DNA of 64,000 bases from Methanotrichaceae archaeon. Lineage in GTDB: Archaea; Halobacteriota; Methanosarcinia; Methanotrichales; Methanotrichaceae. The notes under the pieces were generated by a model. It was not told the DNA's origin and ran no database searches. It was given only the letters and a program-made list of their open reading frames with translations. This document shows, one piece after another, positions 53,172 through 64,000 of this stretch. A program made the position numbers and the translations under genes. The number at the start of each line of letters is the position of its first letter. Within the stretch, counting starts at the first letter, position 1. The stretch is taken from the NCBI GenBank assembly GCA_963813075.1, contig CAWEXU010000010.1:67648-131647 (forward strand). Reading direction: 5' to 3'.

Positions 53172-54020
53172 TTGGAGGAGTCAATCATAAGCGAGAAGAA
53201 GGGCAACGATTATGCCAGGATAGTACCATGCCTGGACATCAAGGTGGTGGACGGCCAGGCCTCTGTGGTGAAGGGCGTAAAGTTCGTGGACCTGAAAAGG
53301 CAGGGCGACCCGGTCCAGTTCGCCCGGCGCTATCAGGACCAGGGTGCAGATGAACTGGTCTTCCTGGATATCACCGCCTCTCATGAGGGCAGAAAGACCA
53401 TGGTCGACGTGGCCAGAAAGGTGGCAGATGTCGTGGACATCCCCTTTGCCGTGGGCGGCGGCATATCAAGCCAGGAGGGCATCAAGCAGATTCTGGATGC
53501 CGGAGCGGACAAGGTGGGAATCAATACCGCAGCAGTCAAGAATCCCGATTTTGTAAAGGAGGCCTCCGCCGCTTTTGGATCAGACAGAATCACTGTGGCA
53601 GTGGACGCCCGCCGCAATACGAACATCATTCCGGGGGTCAATGTCTATGAACTGGAGGACGGCACCAAAGCCTGGTTCGAGCTGGTGATATACGGCGGCA
53701 GAGAGCCTGTAGGAGTCGATGCCATTGATTGGTGCCGGAAGATGGAGAGCTTGGGCGCGGGCGAGCTTTTGCCCACCAGCATGGACCGGGACGGGACGAA
53801 TATCGGATATGACCTGCCCCTGACAAAAGCCATCTGCGAGGCAGTCTCAATCCCGGTTACTGCCAGCGGCGGGGCCTCCACCCCCCAGCATATCCTGGAA
53901 GCCTTCACCGTGGCAAGAGCGGAGAAGGCCCTGGCCGCAGGGATGTTCCACCGGGGAGAGTACACTGTGGGCCAGGTCAAGGACTATCTGGAAAGCAAGG
54001 GAATCCGGGTAAAAAGGTGA
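53172..54020 (+). CDS. hisF: Imidazole glycerol phosphate synthase cyclase subunit
   Basis: RIVPCLD, VVKGV, DELVFLDITAS, TSMDRDGT and ASGG motifs. Confidence 0.97.
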   Translation: MEESIISEKKGNDYARIVPCLDIKVVDGQASVVKGVKFVDLKRQGDPVQFARRYQDQGADELVFLDITASHEGRKTMVDVARKVADVVDIPFAVGGGISSQEGIKQILDAGADKVGINTAAVKNPDFVKEASAAFGSDRITVAVDARRNTNIIPGVNVYELEDGTKAWFELVIYGGREPVGVDAIDWCRKMESLGAGELLPTSMDRDGTNIGYDLPLTKAICEAVSIPVTASGGASTPQHILEAFTVARAEKALAAGMFHRGEYTVGQVKDYLESKGIRVKR

Positions 54021-54062
54021 ATTGATAAAGCCGACGAACCTGGGCGGTGAGAAAGAAGGATA

Positions 54063-54096
54063 AGAAGGGGATGAGCCTGATCTATGCCTCCCCTTC
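54063..54096. terminator. Inverted repeat between convergent hisF and S-layer-domain genes
   Basis: GAAGGGGA..TCCCCTTC. Confidence 0.4.
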
Positions 54097-54105
54097 CATC
54101 AAAAT

Positions 54106-55690
54106 TCACTGCGTGATGCTGTCTATTGTGGCCAGGTTATGTTCTCTACCTCGGAAAGAGTTCTTGAAGTGAACTTTTATTTCTTGAGATGTTTCCGGGC
54201 TGGAGTAAATGAAGGTATCATCAACCTCGTTCTCTGCAGTGATCACCTGGGAATCAACCACCATCCCGTCTTTGTAGAGCTCCAGGTACGCTTTATTTCC
54301 ATCGATGTCTATGGACTGGATCGCTAGCTCGTATCCTTCCTCCAATATCAAAGGCGTCCCAGAAGTCACTGTCTGGGATCGGGGGTCGTCAATCAATATT
54401 TGACCGGGATTTACCTCTGAAGTCTGCCGGAGACCGTCTACTGTAGCCAGGTTCTGATCTGCACCTCTGAAAGCGTTCTTGAAGTGAACCCTTATTTCTT
54501 GCGATGTTCCCGGACGGGAGTAGATGAAGGTATCATCAACTTCTTTCGCTGGTATGATAACCTGAGAATCGATCATTATCCCGTCTTTGTAGAGCTCCAG
54601 GTACACTTTATTTCCATCGATGTCTATGGACTGGATCCCTAATCTCATATCCTTCCTCCAATATTAAGGGCAGTCCTTGAAGCCACTGTCCGGGATTGGG
54701 TGTCGTTTACCAGTATACGATCAGGATTGGCCTCTGAAGTCTGCCACAGGCCGTCTATCTGTAGCCAGGTTCTGATCTGCACCTCGGAAAGCGTTCTTGA
54801 AGTGAACTCTTATTTCTTGCGGTGTTCCCGGACGAGAGTAGATGAAGGTATCATCAACTTCGTTCGCGGGCATGATCACCTGAGAATCAACTACTTCTCC
54901 GTCTTTGACAAGCTCCAGGTACACTTTATTTCCATCGATGTCTACGGACTGGATCGCCAACTCATATCCTTCTTCTAATGCGATAGGCATCCCTGAACTC
55001 ACTGTACGTGGATCGGGAGTCATCAATCAATATGCGACCGGGATTCGTCCTTCGAAGTCTGCCAGAGATCGGTCTATTGTGGCCAGATTCTGATCTGCAG
55101 CCTCGGAAAGCGTTTTTGAAGCGAACCTTTATTTCTTGAGATGTTCCCGCACGGGAATAGACGAAGATGTCATCAACATTCGTTCGCGCGGTATGATCAC
55201 CTCGGAATCAACCACTTCCCCGTCTTTGATGAGCTCCAGGTACACTTTATTTCCGTCGATGTCTATGGACCGGATCGCCAGCTCATATCCTTCCTCCAGT
55301 TCTAAGGGCGTCTTGTGAAGCTCAATGTCATTGATCTGAGAGTCGTTTATCAAAATGCGATCGGGATTGTCTTCTGAATTCTGCCAGATTCCGTCTATTG
55401 TGGCCAGATTCTGATCCGCAGCTTCTGAAAGAGTTTTTGAAGTGAACTCTTATTTCATGAGATCGTTCCCGGTCGGGAATAGACGAAGGCGTCATCAACC
55501 TCGTTCGCTGGTATGATCACCTCTGGAATCAATCAATTCCCCGTCTTTATATAGCTCCAGATAAACTTTATTTCCGTCAATGTCCACTGACTTGACCACT
55601 AGCTCGTATCCCTCCTCCAATTCTAAAGACGTCTGTCTATTGTGGCCAGGTTCTGAGCAGCACCTCTGAAAGAGTTCTGAGTGAATGACC
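54106..55690 (-). pseudogene. Methanosarcinales S-layer-domain repeat protein, about five ~300-bp repeats, heavily frameshifted and 5'-truncated
   Basis: Repeated LEEGYELAIQSIDIDGNKVYLEL.KDG...VHFKNAFRGADQNLATVDG. Confidence 0.8.
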
Positions 55691-55693
55691 CCC

Positions 55694-56416
55694 TCACGGT
55701 CCTCCTGCTGGCTCCACATCTCTATCCTGCAGGCCCCCGCCCCAGCCCATCACCTCATCTGCCCCTCCGGTGAGAGCGATCCTTCCCCTCTCCAGGAGGC
55801 AGGCCCGGTCGCCGATAGAGGCCACATCCCTCAGGTCATGGGTGACTATGATGCTCGGCACATGGCAGGCGTGAATCCTCTCCCTCAATTCCCTTCTCAT
55901 GGCAGCTTGCTTTCTAACGTCCAATGCAGATAGTGGCTCGTCCAGCAAGAGGATCTCCGGTTCGATGATCAATGCCCGCGCCAGCGCAACCCTCTGCCTC
56001 TGCCCTCCCGAGACCTCTGTCGCCCTGGCCTTCCTGATATCCCAGAGCCCGGCAGCCTTCAGGTGCTCTTGAACTCTGGCCTCAATAGCATTCCGGGAAA
56101 GCCTTCTCGTCCGCAGGCCGAAGGCCACATTGTCATAAACGCTCATGTGGGGAAAGAGGGCATAGCTCTGAAAGACATATCCGATATTCCTCTCTTCCGG
56201 GGCAACGCTAATCTTCCGGCCGGAATCGAATAGCGCCCTTCCATCCAGCGCTATCCTGCCCTCTTCCGGGTCCTGCAGCCCGGCCACTAAATTCAGCAGG
56301 CTGGTCTTCCCGCAGCCGTTGTCGCCCACCAGCATCAGGATCTCGCCTTCTTTGATCATTATCTGGACCTCAAGATCGAAATCCCGAAGCCTCTTCTTGA
56401 CATCAATTTCCAGCAT
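55694..56416 (-). CDS. modC: Molybdate ABC transporter ATP-binding subunit
   Basis: GDNGCGKT, SGGQRQR and LLLDEP motifs; downstream of modB. Confidence 0.88.
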   Translation of the reverse strand: MLEIDVKKRLRDFDLEVQIMIKEGEILMLVGDNGCGKTSLLNLVAGLQDPEEGRIALDGRALFDSGRKISVAPEERNIGYVFQSYALFPHMSVYDNVAFGLRTRRLSRNAIEARVQEHLKAAGLWDIRKARATEVSGGQRQRVALARALIIEPEILLLDEPLSALDVRKQAAMRRELRERIHACHVPSIIVTHDLRDVASIGDRACLLERGRIALTGGADEVMGWGGGLQDRDVEPAGGP

Positions 56417-57296
56417 TCTTGTACACCCGCCGGGTCAGGATTTTCACCAGGACGATGATCACAAATGATATGGCCACCAGTATTATGGCTATACACAGTG
56501 AGACATCCAGATCGCCCTGCATGGCGGTATAAATGGCCAGGGGCATGGTCTGGGTCCGGCCCTGAAAGTTGCCGGCAAACATGATGGTAGCTCCAAACTC
56601 CCCCAAAGAGCGGGCGAAGGCCATGATGGCTCCGGAGATCAGGCCGTTGATGGCTATGGGCAGGATGACATGAAAGAAGGTGTAGACCCGCGAGGCTCCC
56701 AGGGTCCGGGCGGCATTCTCGAACGCCAGATCCACGTCCTCAAAGCTCGTCCTGGCCTGGCGGATGTAAAATGGAGAGGAGACGAAGACCTGGGCCATGA
56801 TCACCGCCAGGGTGGTGAAGGCGATGCTTATTCCAAAGGCGTCCAGGTGCTGGCCCAGTATGCCCATCCGGCCAAAGGCCATGAGCAGGGCAATTCCGGC
56901 CACGGCAGGTGGCATGATCACAGGCAGGTCGATCAGGGAGTCGGCCAGTTCCTTGCCGAAATATCGAAATCGAGCGCTGACGTAGGCTATGGGAGTCCCC
57001 ATGAATACCACAATGACGGTGGTCACAGTAGAGGTCATCAGGCTGAGCCTGAGCGCATCCATTACTATGGGATCATAGAGAGATCGAAGAGTGGTGTCCA
57101 GTGGGCTCCGGAGGAATAGCGCCACCACAGGCAGAGCTATGAAGGTCATGGCAATTATCAGCAAGAGGGCCAGACCCGCTTTCAGAGCCACTTCCCGTGC
57201 CCTGGAAAGGATGCCGATGCTCTCATTCTGCCGATCTACCAGTTCAGCAATGCCCCTCTCGCCGAGACGATTGATATCCATCTGATTGGAAGCCAT
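56403..57296 (-). CDS. modB: Molybdate ABC transporter permease
   Basis: DLPVIMPPAVAG, AARTLGAS and ARSLGEFGAT motifs. Confidence 0.92.
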   Translation of the reverse strand: MASNQMDINRLGERGIAELVDRQNESIGILSRAREVALKAGLALLLIIAMTFIALPVVALFLRSPLDTTLRSLYDPIVMDALRLSLMTSTVTTVIVVFMGTPIAYVSARFRYFGKELADSLIDLPVIMPPAVAGIALLMAFGRMGILGQHLDAFGISIAFTTLAVIMAQVFVSSPFYIRQARTSFEDVDLAFENAARTLGASRVYTFFHVILPIAINGLISGAIMAFARSLGEFGATIMFAGNFQGRTQTMPLAIYTAMQGDLDVSLCIAIILVAISFVIIVLVKILTRRVYKNAGN

Positions 57297-57426
57297 TGGT
57301 CACCCGATCTTTTCTTTACCTATGGTGCGGTTTTCTCTCTATCCCTGGCCGGAAAGAAAGACCTTCCGGTTAAGCTGCTTTAAAGATCTGGGCTATCTGG
57401 CGATTGGGCGGATCGGGCAGAAATGG

Positions 57427-57852
57427 TCAGTTGAGGACCAGAGCTGAAAGCAAGCGAACGTCAGATCTGTGACCTAAGACCCTGATGGCAAAGACCGCCC
57501 AGTCCAGCTGCTTAATGGCCCCCCATAGGTCAAAGGACATCTTCATCAGGCCGTACTTGCGGTATAGCAGCTGGCTGATCTTGATCTCCAGATCTGCATC
57601 CACCCGCAGAGCCGTTCCCGCGATATTCACGCCATAGGCCTTTCCCAGAGCGTCGGAGGGAGCAACTCGGACCTGAGAGTTGTTGCGCATCCTTTTGACC
57701 TTGCCGCTATTGGCATAGGAGCGAACGTACAGCATACCGTCATCCACCACGAACCAGACAGGAGTGGCTACTGCCTGTCCGTTCTTCTTGAATGTCTCGA
57801 GCCGAATGTAATCCCGGTTCTGAAATTGCTCCAGCTTGCCGTTGTCGTTCAT
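57427..57852 (-). CDS. PPOX-class F420-dependent oxidoreductase
   Basis: LETFKKNGQAVATPVWF and SGKVKRMRNN motifs. Confidence 0.88.
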   Translation of the reverse strand: MNDNGKLEQFQNRDYIRLETFKKNGQAVATPVWFVVDDGMLYVRSYANSGKVKRMRNNSQVRVAPSDALGKAYGVNIAGTALRVDADLEIKISQLLYRKYGLMKMSFDLWGAIKQLDWAVFAIRVLGHRSDVRLLSALVLN

Positions 57853-59165
57853 AATATCACCTTTGAATTCTCATCCAGCAGAGCATTGGTGATGGCATCC
57901 GCAAGCCGGGCCGCTCCCTCGTACCCAACCAGGAGCTGGCGCGTCGCTCCAACTCGATCGTGGTTGGGAAGCCCCACCCGCACCAGCGGTATTCCCTCTT
58001 TTCTCGATATCTGGCGACCATTGGAGGTGCCCAGCATCAGATCGATTCTTGCCTTCTCTTATTTCGTCGTGAATCTGGCTGAAGTCAGCGCCCAGGAGAA
58101 TTCGGGCATCCTCAGACGCCGCCCTTACCTCCGCCTCAAAGCGGGAGCTGCATCGAGCCGGTGGCCACAACGGCCGGAATGGCTCCCGCTTCACAAAGGA
58201 ACCTTGTCAGTCCCAGAGCGAGATCGGAATCTCCATAGACCGCCACCCTCACTCCAGCCAGGTATTTGTGAACATCCGCCAGGGTATCCAGCAGCCTGCC
58301 CCTCTGTGCCTCATACTTCCCGGGAAGACCAATGCCGGTCAGCTCCTCCATCCTGGATACAAAGAGGTCGGTATCTTTAAGGCCGATGGGCAGGGGCAGA
58401 GCCGTCTGCGGCACCTCGAACACTCTCTCCAGGAGCTCTCCGGCCGAGCAGCTCTGGAAGCGTCCGCCTATGGTCAACGTATGGCGTGAGTTGGCAGTGT
58501 CAACCACATCCTCTAAAGGGGTGCCTCCTTCTGCGATCCTGGGCGGGTTTTCCACTCGGGGAGCATCAAGGGTCTCAGATATATCGGGAAGCAGGATGAA
58601 CTCGTCAGCAAATCCCCAGTCCGCCAGCATATCCTTGAGGTAGCGAACATCCGCCGGAGATATGACCGATCCGATCACCAGATTGGTCCTGCTGCCAGGC
58701 TCCGTTCTCCTGGCCAGGCTCTGAACCAGTGCCTGGAGCGCTCTGGCATATCCTTCCTCATGGGAGGCGGAGTAGCTGGGGGTGGACACCGGAATGATGG
58801 GGATAGTTCGATGCCTCCTCGACGCGGAATTCTTTTATGATCTGCACTATGTCATCCCCAATGGTCTCGGCAAGACAGGTCGTGGCTACCCCGATGGCCC
58901 TGGGGCTGTAGCCGGTGATGAGGTTCTTCAGACCCATCTTCAGGTTGGCAGAGCCTCCGTAGACCGTCCCCTTCTCGCTCAAGGCCGAGGAGGCGATATC
59001 CACGGGCTCCCGGAAGTGATGGGCCAGGTACAGGCGCATGTAGGTGGCACAGCCCTGCGAGCCGTGAAAGAGAGGCATGCAGCCTTCGATGCCCCGGAAC
59101 GCCAGGACCGAGCCCATGGGCATGCACATATTGCAGGGGTTTATTGTGGAATAGCTCTCAGACAT
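57849..59165 (-). CDS. nifN: Nitrogenase FeMo-cofactor scaffold NifN (frameshifts at ~58805, ~58140, ~58045)
   Basis: NPCNMCMPMG, HGSQGCATY, TTCLAETIGDD, PDISETLD and VGLPNHDR motifs across frames. Confidence 0.85.
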
Positions 59166-59221
59166 TGGCCTGTACACCTCCGTTTGCTACATTCTCGATA
59201 GCTTTCTCGATTTCTGAATCC

Positions 59222-60586
59222 TCAGGAACCTCGCAGAGGACTCGATCTATGCAGGGGCAGCCTCCAGACGGGACTGTTCAGGCTGACATCCAGCTCTCTG
59301 GCAAAGTTGACCAGGCCGTCATAGCCCTCAAAGCTCGTGGTTCGGTCGTGATTGAAGTCGCAAAAAGCGATTCCAAGCTTGTAGGCCAGGAACCTCTCTT
59401 TGACCCCTGCCACCAGCAGATCAGCCTTTTGCATTGCCAGCAGCTCTCTCAGCTCCAGAGGATTGGCATCGTCCACAATCACCGTTCCGTCCTTGACCAT
59501 GCAGCTTATCTTCTTGTAGTCGTCCCGGTCTCCGGTCTGGGTGCCTATGATCACCACCTCCATTCCCAGCTCCTCGAAGGCCCTGACCAGAGAGACGGCC
59601 TTGGCGGCACCTCCCATGTAGATGGCAGCCTTCTTTCCCTGGACCCGGGAGCGGTGGTACGCGATCCTGGGCATGACCCGGGCCGTCTCGCGCTCGATTA
59701 TCTCCTCTGCCTTCGCTGACATCCTCGTGTCTGCAAAGAACTCGGCAGCGCAGCGCAGGGCCGAGGCCATGTCTCCCAGGCCGAAGAAGCTGATGCGCCT
59801 GTAGGGAATGCCGTACCTCTCCTCCATCTTCTTGGCGAGGTAGGTCATGGAGCCGCTGCACTGGACCAGATTCAGCCGGGCGGTATGGGACCTTTGGATC
59901 TCTGCTACCCTGCCGTCTCCGGTAAAGGTGGCTACCACCTCGATGCCCATCTCTTCAAAGAGGGGCTTGATGGCCCAGAGGTCTCCGGCAACATTGTACT
60001 CCCCGAGCAGGTTTATGGTGTAGGGGCTGGCAGGCTCGTATTCCTTCATGCCGATCAGTTCGAATAGAGCATTGCAGGCGGCCTTGTAGCCCTCATTCTT
60101 GTTGCCGCGAAAGCCTTCCGACTGAACTGGTATGACGGGCAGGTCCAGCTCCTGGGCAGCGCTGCGGCAGACGGCTTTCAGATCGTCTCCGATGATCCCC
60201 ACGATGCAGGTGGAGTAGACGAATATGGCCGGCGGGTGAAACATGGCCGCCAGCTCACGAATGGCTCTTGCCAGCTTCTTCTCGCCTCCAAAGACGATAT
60301 CCAGCTCCGACATGTCTGTGGAGAAGCTATTCTTGTAGAGGTCCGGGCCGGAGGTCGAGCTGCCTCTGATGTCCCAGGTATAGCTGGCACAGCCTATGGG
60401 CCCGTGCACCAGATGAAGGGCATCGGTGAGGGGATTGAGCACCACCCGGGCTCCGGAGTAGACGCACGCCCTCTGGCTGACGGCGCCGGCCAGGCTCTCG
60501 TTGCTGCACGAGAGGGGCACGGATTCTGAGCCCTCTTTCTGGGCTATGTGCCCCTCTCTGCCTTCGAAGGTCTTGATCACGCTCAT
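59222..60586 (-). CDS. nifE: Nitrogenase FeMo-cofactor scaffold NifE
   Basis: SQRACVYSGA, HGPIGCASY, TCIVGIIGDD and VQCSGS motifs. Confidence 0.93.
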   Translation of the reverse strand: MSVIKTFEGREGHIAQKEGSESVPLSCSNESLAGAVSQRACVYSGARVVLNPLTDALHLVHGPIGCASYTWDIRGSSTSGPDLYKNSFSTDMSELDIVFGGEKKLARAIRELAAMFHPPAIFVYSTCIVGIIGDDLKAVCRSAAQELDLPVIPVQSEGFRGNKNEGYKAACNALFELIGMKEYEPASPYTINLLGEYNVAGDLWAIKPLFEEMGIEVVATFTGDGRVAEIQRSHTARLNLVQCSGSMTYLAKKMEERYGIPYRRISFFGLGDMASALRCAAEFFADTRMSAKAEEIIERETARVMPRIAYHRSRVQGKKAAIYMGGAAKAVSLVRAFEELGMEVVIIGTQTGDRDDYKKISCMVKDGTVIVDDANPLELRELLAMQKADLLVAGVKERFLAYKLGIAFCDFNHDRTTSFEGYDGLVNFARELDVSLNSPVWRLPLHRSSPLRGS

Positions 60587-60597
60587 GGTAGTTTTTC

Positions 60598-61957
60598 CTA
60601 CAGGATCATCTCGAAGTGAGTGTCGTCCGAGTCTCTGTCGCGTCTCTCCAGGAAGGCGTTGCCGATCATCTCCACCAGGCGGGCCGCTCCGGCATAGCCG
60701 ATGATGGGGAAGTAGTGCAGATTGGCCCGATCGGTGATGGGGAATCCCACCCGCACCAGCGGGATATCCTCGGCCCTGGCGATCAGCTTGCCATAGGTAT
60801 TGCCGATGAGCATATCCACCGGATTGTTCTTGATCTTCTGGTGCAGGAGGAAGGTGTCGCCTATCGTCGACTTCGCAGTCCGGGGCGACATTATGGACCT
60901 CCTCTTCGAACTTCTTGTCCGGTGTGCCCGTGAGCGCATATGCGGGGTTCATGCCCATCTCCACCGCCAGGCTGACCAGTCCTATGACCGTATCCGGATC
61001 TCCGAAGATGGCCACGCTCTTGCCGTGGAAGTGCGGATGGGCATCGGTCATCATGTCCACCAGCCTGCCTCTCTCGTACTCTATCTCCTGGGGGATGGGC
61101 ACATCCATGAGGCTGGAGACGTTCATCACAAAGGCATCGGTGTTGCGAATGCCGATGGGCATGGGGCCGATGACGGCGGGAATCTGGAACTTGCCCTTCA
61201 GGACCACGGCTCCCGAGGCTCCGGCAGTCCTTCCCAGAGCGATGGTAGCTCGGGAGTTGGCGGCGTCCACCAGATCCGGGATGGTTGTCCCGCCCGGCGG
61301 ATAGAGGCCGCCGGACTCGGGTGTCATGGGCGCGTCGAAGACGTCCGTGGTATCAGGGAATACGATATGGCGAACGCCCATGATGCCCAGTATCCTCTTG
61401 ATCTCACGGATGTCTCCCGGGTCCACGAATCCGGGTATGACATTCAGCTTGCCATTGGGCGATCCTTTGCGGGCAAAGCTCTGGACGATGGCTTTGACGG
61501 CATTGTCATAGCCGGTGATGTGCGAGCCCACGTAGCTCGGAGTGCTGGCAATAACGACGCGCACGTTGGGGTCGAAGAACTCCTCTTCTTTGATCTCTTC
61601 CATGAAGGAGGAGACATCGTCGCCTATGGTCTCTGAGGAGCAGGTGGTATTGATGGCCAGAACGTCGGGATGATAGATGTTCACCACGTTGTTGACCGCC
61701 TCCTTGAGGTTGTTTCTGCCTCCGAAGACCACTGAGTCCTCGGTGAAGGAGGAGGTGGCAGCGAGCGTGGGCTCGCGGTAGTGGCGGGCCAGCACCATGC
61801 GCAGGTAGGAGCTGCACCCCTGCGAGCCGTGGGTGATGGGCATGCAGTTGTGGATGCCTTTGTAGGCCAGGATGGCGCCGATGGGCTGGCAGATCTTGGC
61901 CGGGTTTATGACCAGGGTCTCCCTTTGAGCCATCTCTTTTGGTGTGTAGTCAAGCAT
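60598..61957 (-). CDS. nifK: Nitrogenase MoFe protein beta chain (frameshift at ~60865)
   Basis: NPAKICQPIG, HGSQGC and TTCSSETIGDD; VGFPITDR and the C-terminus are in a second frame. Confidence 0.92.
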
Positions 61958-63562
61958 TGCTAGTCTCCCTCCAGGGTGGGTTTATGAATTTCCAGGTGGG
62001 GCTGTTCACAGACATGTCGATGTCTTTGGCGAACTGAACGAAACCCTCAAAGCCGGTGTAGGGGCCGCTGTAGTCGTAAGAGTGCATCTGGCGGGAGGGG
62101 ATGTGCATCTTCTGGAAGACGTACTTGTCTTTTATTCCCGAGCAGAAGAGGTCCACTCCCAGTTCCCTTACCAGCCGCTCGCACTCGTGATGGCTGTAGT
62201 CGTCGATCATCACCTGGCCGTCTTTCATATGGGGCAGCAGGCCCTCGTAATCCATGAGCCTCGGAATCTTCTCCTTCTTCTTCTGGAGCGCTTCGTTGTC
62301 ATATGGCGAGACGACATTCGGGTCGCGTTCGTAGTGGATATCCTCCAGGACTTTGGAGCGTCCGGTGTGGACGATGCTGGAGAGGATCTTTCTGCCCTCG
62401 TAGTCGTCCCGGTGGGCGAACTCGTAGCCGGCCACGACCACGTCCATTCCCAGCGTCTCGAACATATTCCGGACGTGATGGGCTCGTGAGCCGCCGACCA
62501 GGATCATGACCCTCTTTCCCGGCCAGCCTCTTCCGGTACATGTCGATTACCGGCTGGATTTTGGCCATCTCCTCGGCGATTATGGCTTCTGTTCTCCTGG
62601 TGAGGTCCGGGTCGTCGAAGAACGCGGCCATATCGCGTAACGTTTTGACGGTATCCTCCACGCCCAGGTAGTTGACCTTCAGCCAGGGAATGCCGTACTT
62701 CTCCTCCATCATGCGGTTGGTGTAGTTGATGGAGCGGTGGCAGAGCAGGATGTTCAGCTTGGCCTTGTGGGCTTTGGCGATATCGTGGAACGAGGCGTCG
62801 CCTGTGAAGGGGCTGACGATGCGGTAGCCCACCCTCTCCAGCAGGTCTTTGACCACCCAGTAGTCTCCGCCGATGTTGTACTCGCCGAAGACGTTGACGT
62901 CGAAGGGTCCCGGGTTCTCCAGGTCCTCTGTGCCCACCAGGTGCTCCATCAGCGAGTTGGAGGCGATGTGGTGGCCGGCAGATTGAGAGACGCCCCGGTA
63001 GCCTTCGCAGCGCACAGGTATCACCTTGATCTGCAGGTCCTCCTCTGCTTTGCGGCAGACCGATTCGATATCGTCGCCGATGAGGCCGATGGGGCAGGTG
63101 CAGAAGACCGAGATGCATTCCGGCTTGAAGATGGAGTAAGCCTCCCGGATGGCCTGGGCCAGCTTCTTCTCCGCTCCGAAGACGATGTCGGTCTCCTTGA
63201 CGTCTGTGCTCAGGCAGTAGCCCGAGTAGCAGTCCCTGCCCTCTTCCTGGCTCATCAGATTGCGGCGCGTCCCCCAGGTGAAGTAGGCGCAGCCGATGGG
63301 GCCGTGGGTGATGTGCAGGATGTCTTTGATCGGCCCGAAGACCACTCCCTTTGGCTCCGGCATAGGCGCAGCCGCGGTTGGTCAGGATGCCGGCGATGCT
63401 GCGGTCGTTGGCCTCGATCTTCTGCTCGATCTCGCAGGAGTCCTTGACGACCACGTGCTTTTTTCTGATCTCGCCGGTCTTTTTGGGAAGGCCTTCCAGC
63501 ATTCCCTCGACCGTCTGACGGCTCCTGGCGATGGTTACTGGCTCTCTCTCGACTCCGCTCAT
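61950..63562 (-). CDS. nifD: Nitrogenase MoFe protein alpha chain (frameshifts at ~63348, ~62517)
   Basis: NRGCAYAG, HGPIGC, TCPIGLIGDD, QSAGHH, LCHRSINY, YEFAHRDDYEG and MHSYDY motifs. Confidence 0.93.
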
Positions 63563-63915
63563 GATATGGCCTCGTTGCCGCGTTCTCCTGTTCTTATTCG
63601 CACCGACTCCAGAACCGGGCAGACGAAGATGCGACCGTCGCCATAGTTTCCGGTTCGGTTTACTTTGGTGATCACTGCCACCACTGCCGGAACGAATTCG
63701 TCTTCCACCATGACTGAGATCATCCTCTTGGGGATGTACTTCATGCTCTTATTTTCCGCACCGGCAAGCTCTGAGGGGTGGGGGATCACCAGTCCCTTCT
63801 GCTTTCCCCGTCCCGAGACCTTGTAGGCGGTGATGCTGGGAATGCCGATGATGTCCAGTGCGTCTTTGGTCGCCTCCATCCTGTTCATCTGGATGATGGC
63901 CAGGACTTCTTTCAT
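63559..63915 (-). CDS. nifI2: P-II family nitrogenase regulator NifI2
   Basis: VSGRGKQKG and GDGRIFVCPV motifs; immediately upstream of nifD. Confidence 0.9.
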   Translation of the reverse strand: MKEVLAIIQMNRMEATKDALDIIGIPSITAYKVSGRGKQKGLVIPHPSELAGAENKSMKYIPKRMISVMVEDEFVPAVVAVITKVNRTGNYGDGRIFVCPVLESVRIRTGERGNEAIS

Positions 63916-63916
63916 T

Positions 63917-64000
63917 CTACAGCCCTCTCTGGCCGGTTCGGATGGTGTAGGCCTCGTCGACGGAGCTGACGAAGATCTTGCCGTCTCCGATGTTTCCTGT
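63917..64000 (-). CDS. nifI1: P-II family nitrogenase regulator NifI1 (3' end only)
   Basis: Manual translation: TGNIGDGKIFVSSVDEAYTIRTGQRGL-stop. Confidence 0.88.
   Translation of the reverse strand, partial: TGNIGDGKIFVSSVDEAYTIRTGQRGL

Noticed and set aside
59222..61957. Apparent 911-aa NifK-NifE fusion in the ORF track
   Set aside because: An indel near 60865 causes it. The real NifK C-terminus (VGFPITDR...FEMIL-stop at 60598) is in another frame, and nifE has its own ATG at 60586.
1..64000. tRNA or rRNA genes
   Set aside because: None recognised by eye; tRNAscan-SE or barrnap would be needed to exclude them.

Overview
Archaeal chromosomal window, most consistent with Methanothrix (Methanotrichaceae) or a related Methanosarcinia lineage. 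Evidence is the Methanosarcinales-type S-layer domains, MptA, CDC48, DUF1890/DUF1894 and an F420-reducing FrhB-type subunit. The backbone carries a NuoE/NuoF/FeS-FrhB redox module, two convergent formate dehydrogenase alpha subunits, a hybrid histidine kinase, aroE/tyrA, kptA, mptA, sulfur-carrier genes (ThiS/ThiF/MoaD/MoaE), proC, cdc48, hisF, modBC and the 3' part of a Mo-nitrogenase operon (nifI1-I2-D-K-E-N). The most interesting part is an accessory island at ~25.7-33.0 kb. It holds a probable cas2 relic, a leader and an orphan CRISPR array (repeat CTATCCATTTCTGAGAAGAAGTGGCCCCATTGAAAC). An IS110 element sits at a repeat/spacer junction of this array, and its structured left end contains the repeat's terminal ATTGAAAC inside a loop, making it a candidate CRISPR-repeat-targeting bridge-RNA recombinase. 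The island also has a family A DNA polymerase with a degenerate exonuclease domain and a HEPN gene pair, all separated by four copies of an unrecognised structured direct repeat. Many single-base frameshifts, especially at 54-64 kb, suggest indel errors in the assembly, so pseudogene calls need read-level checking.
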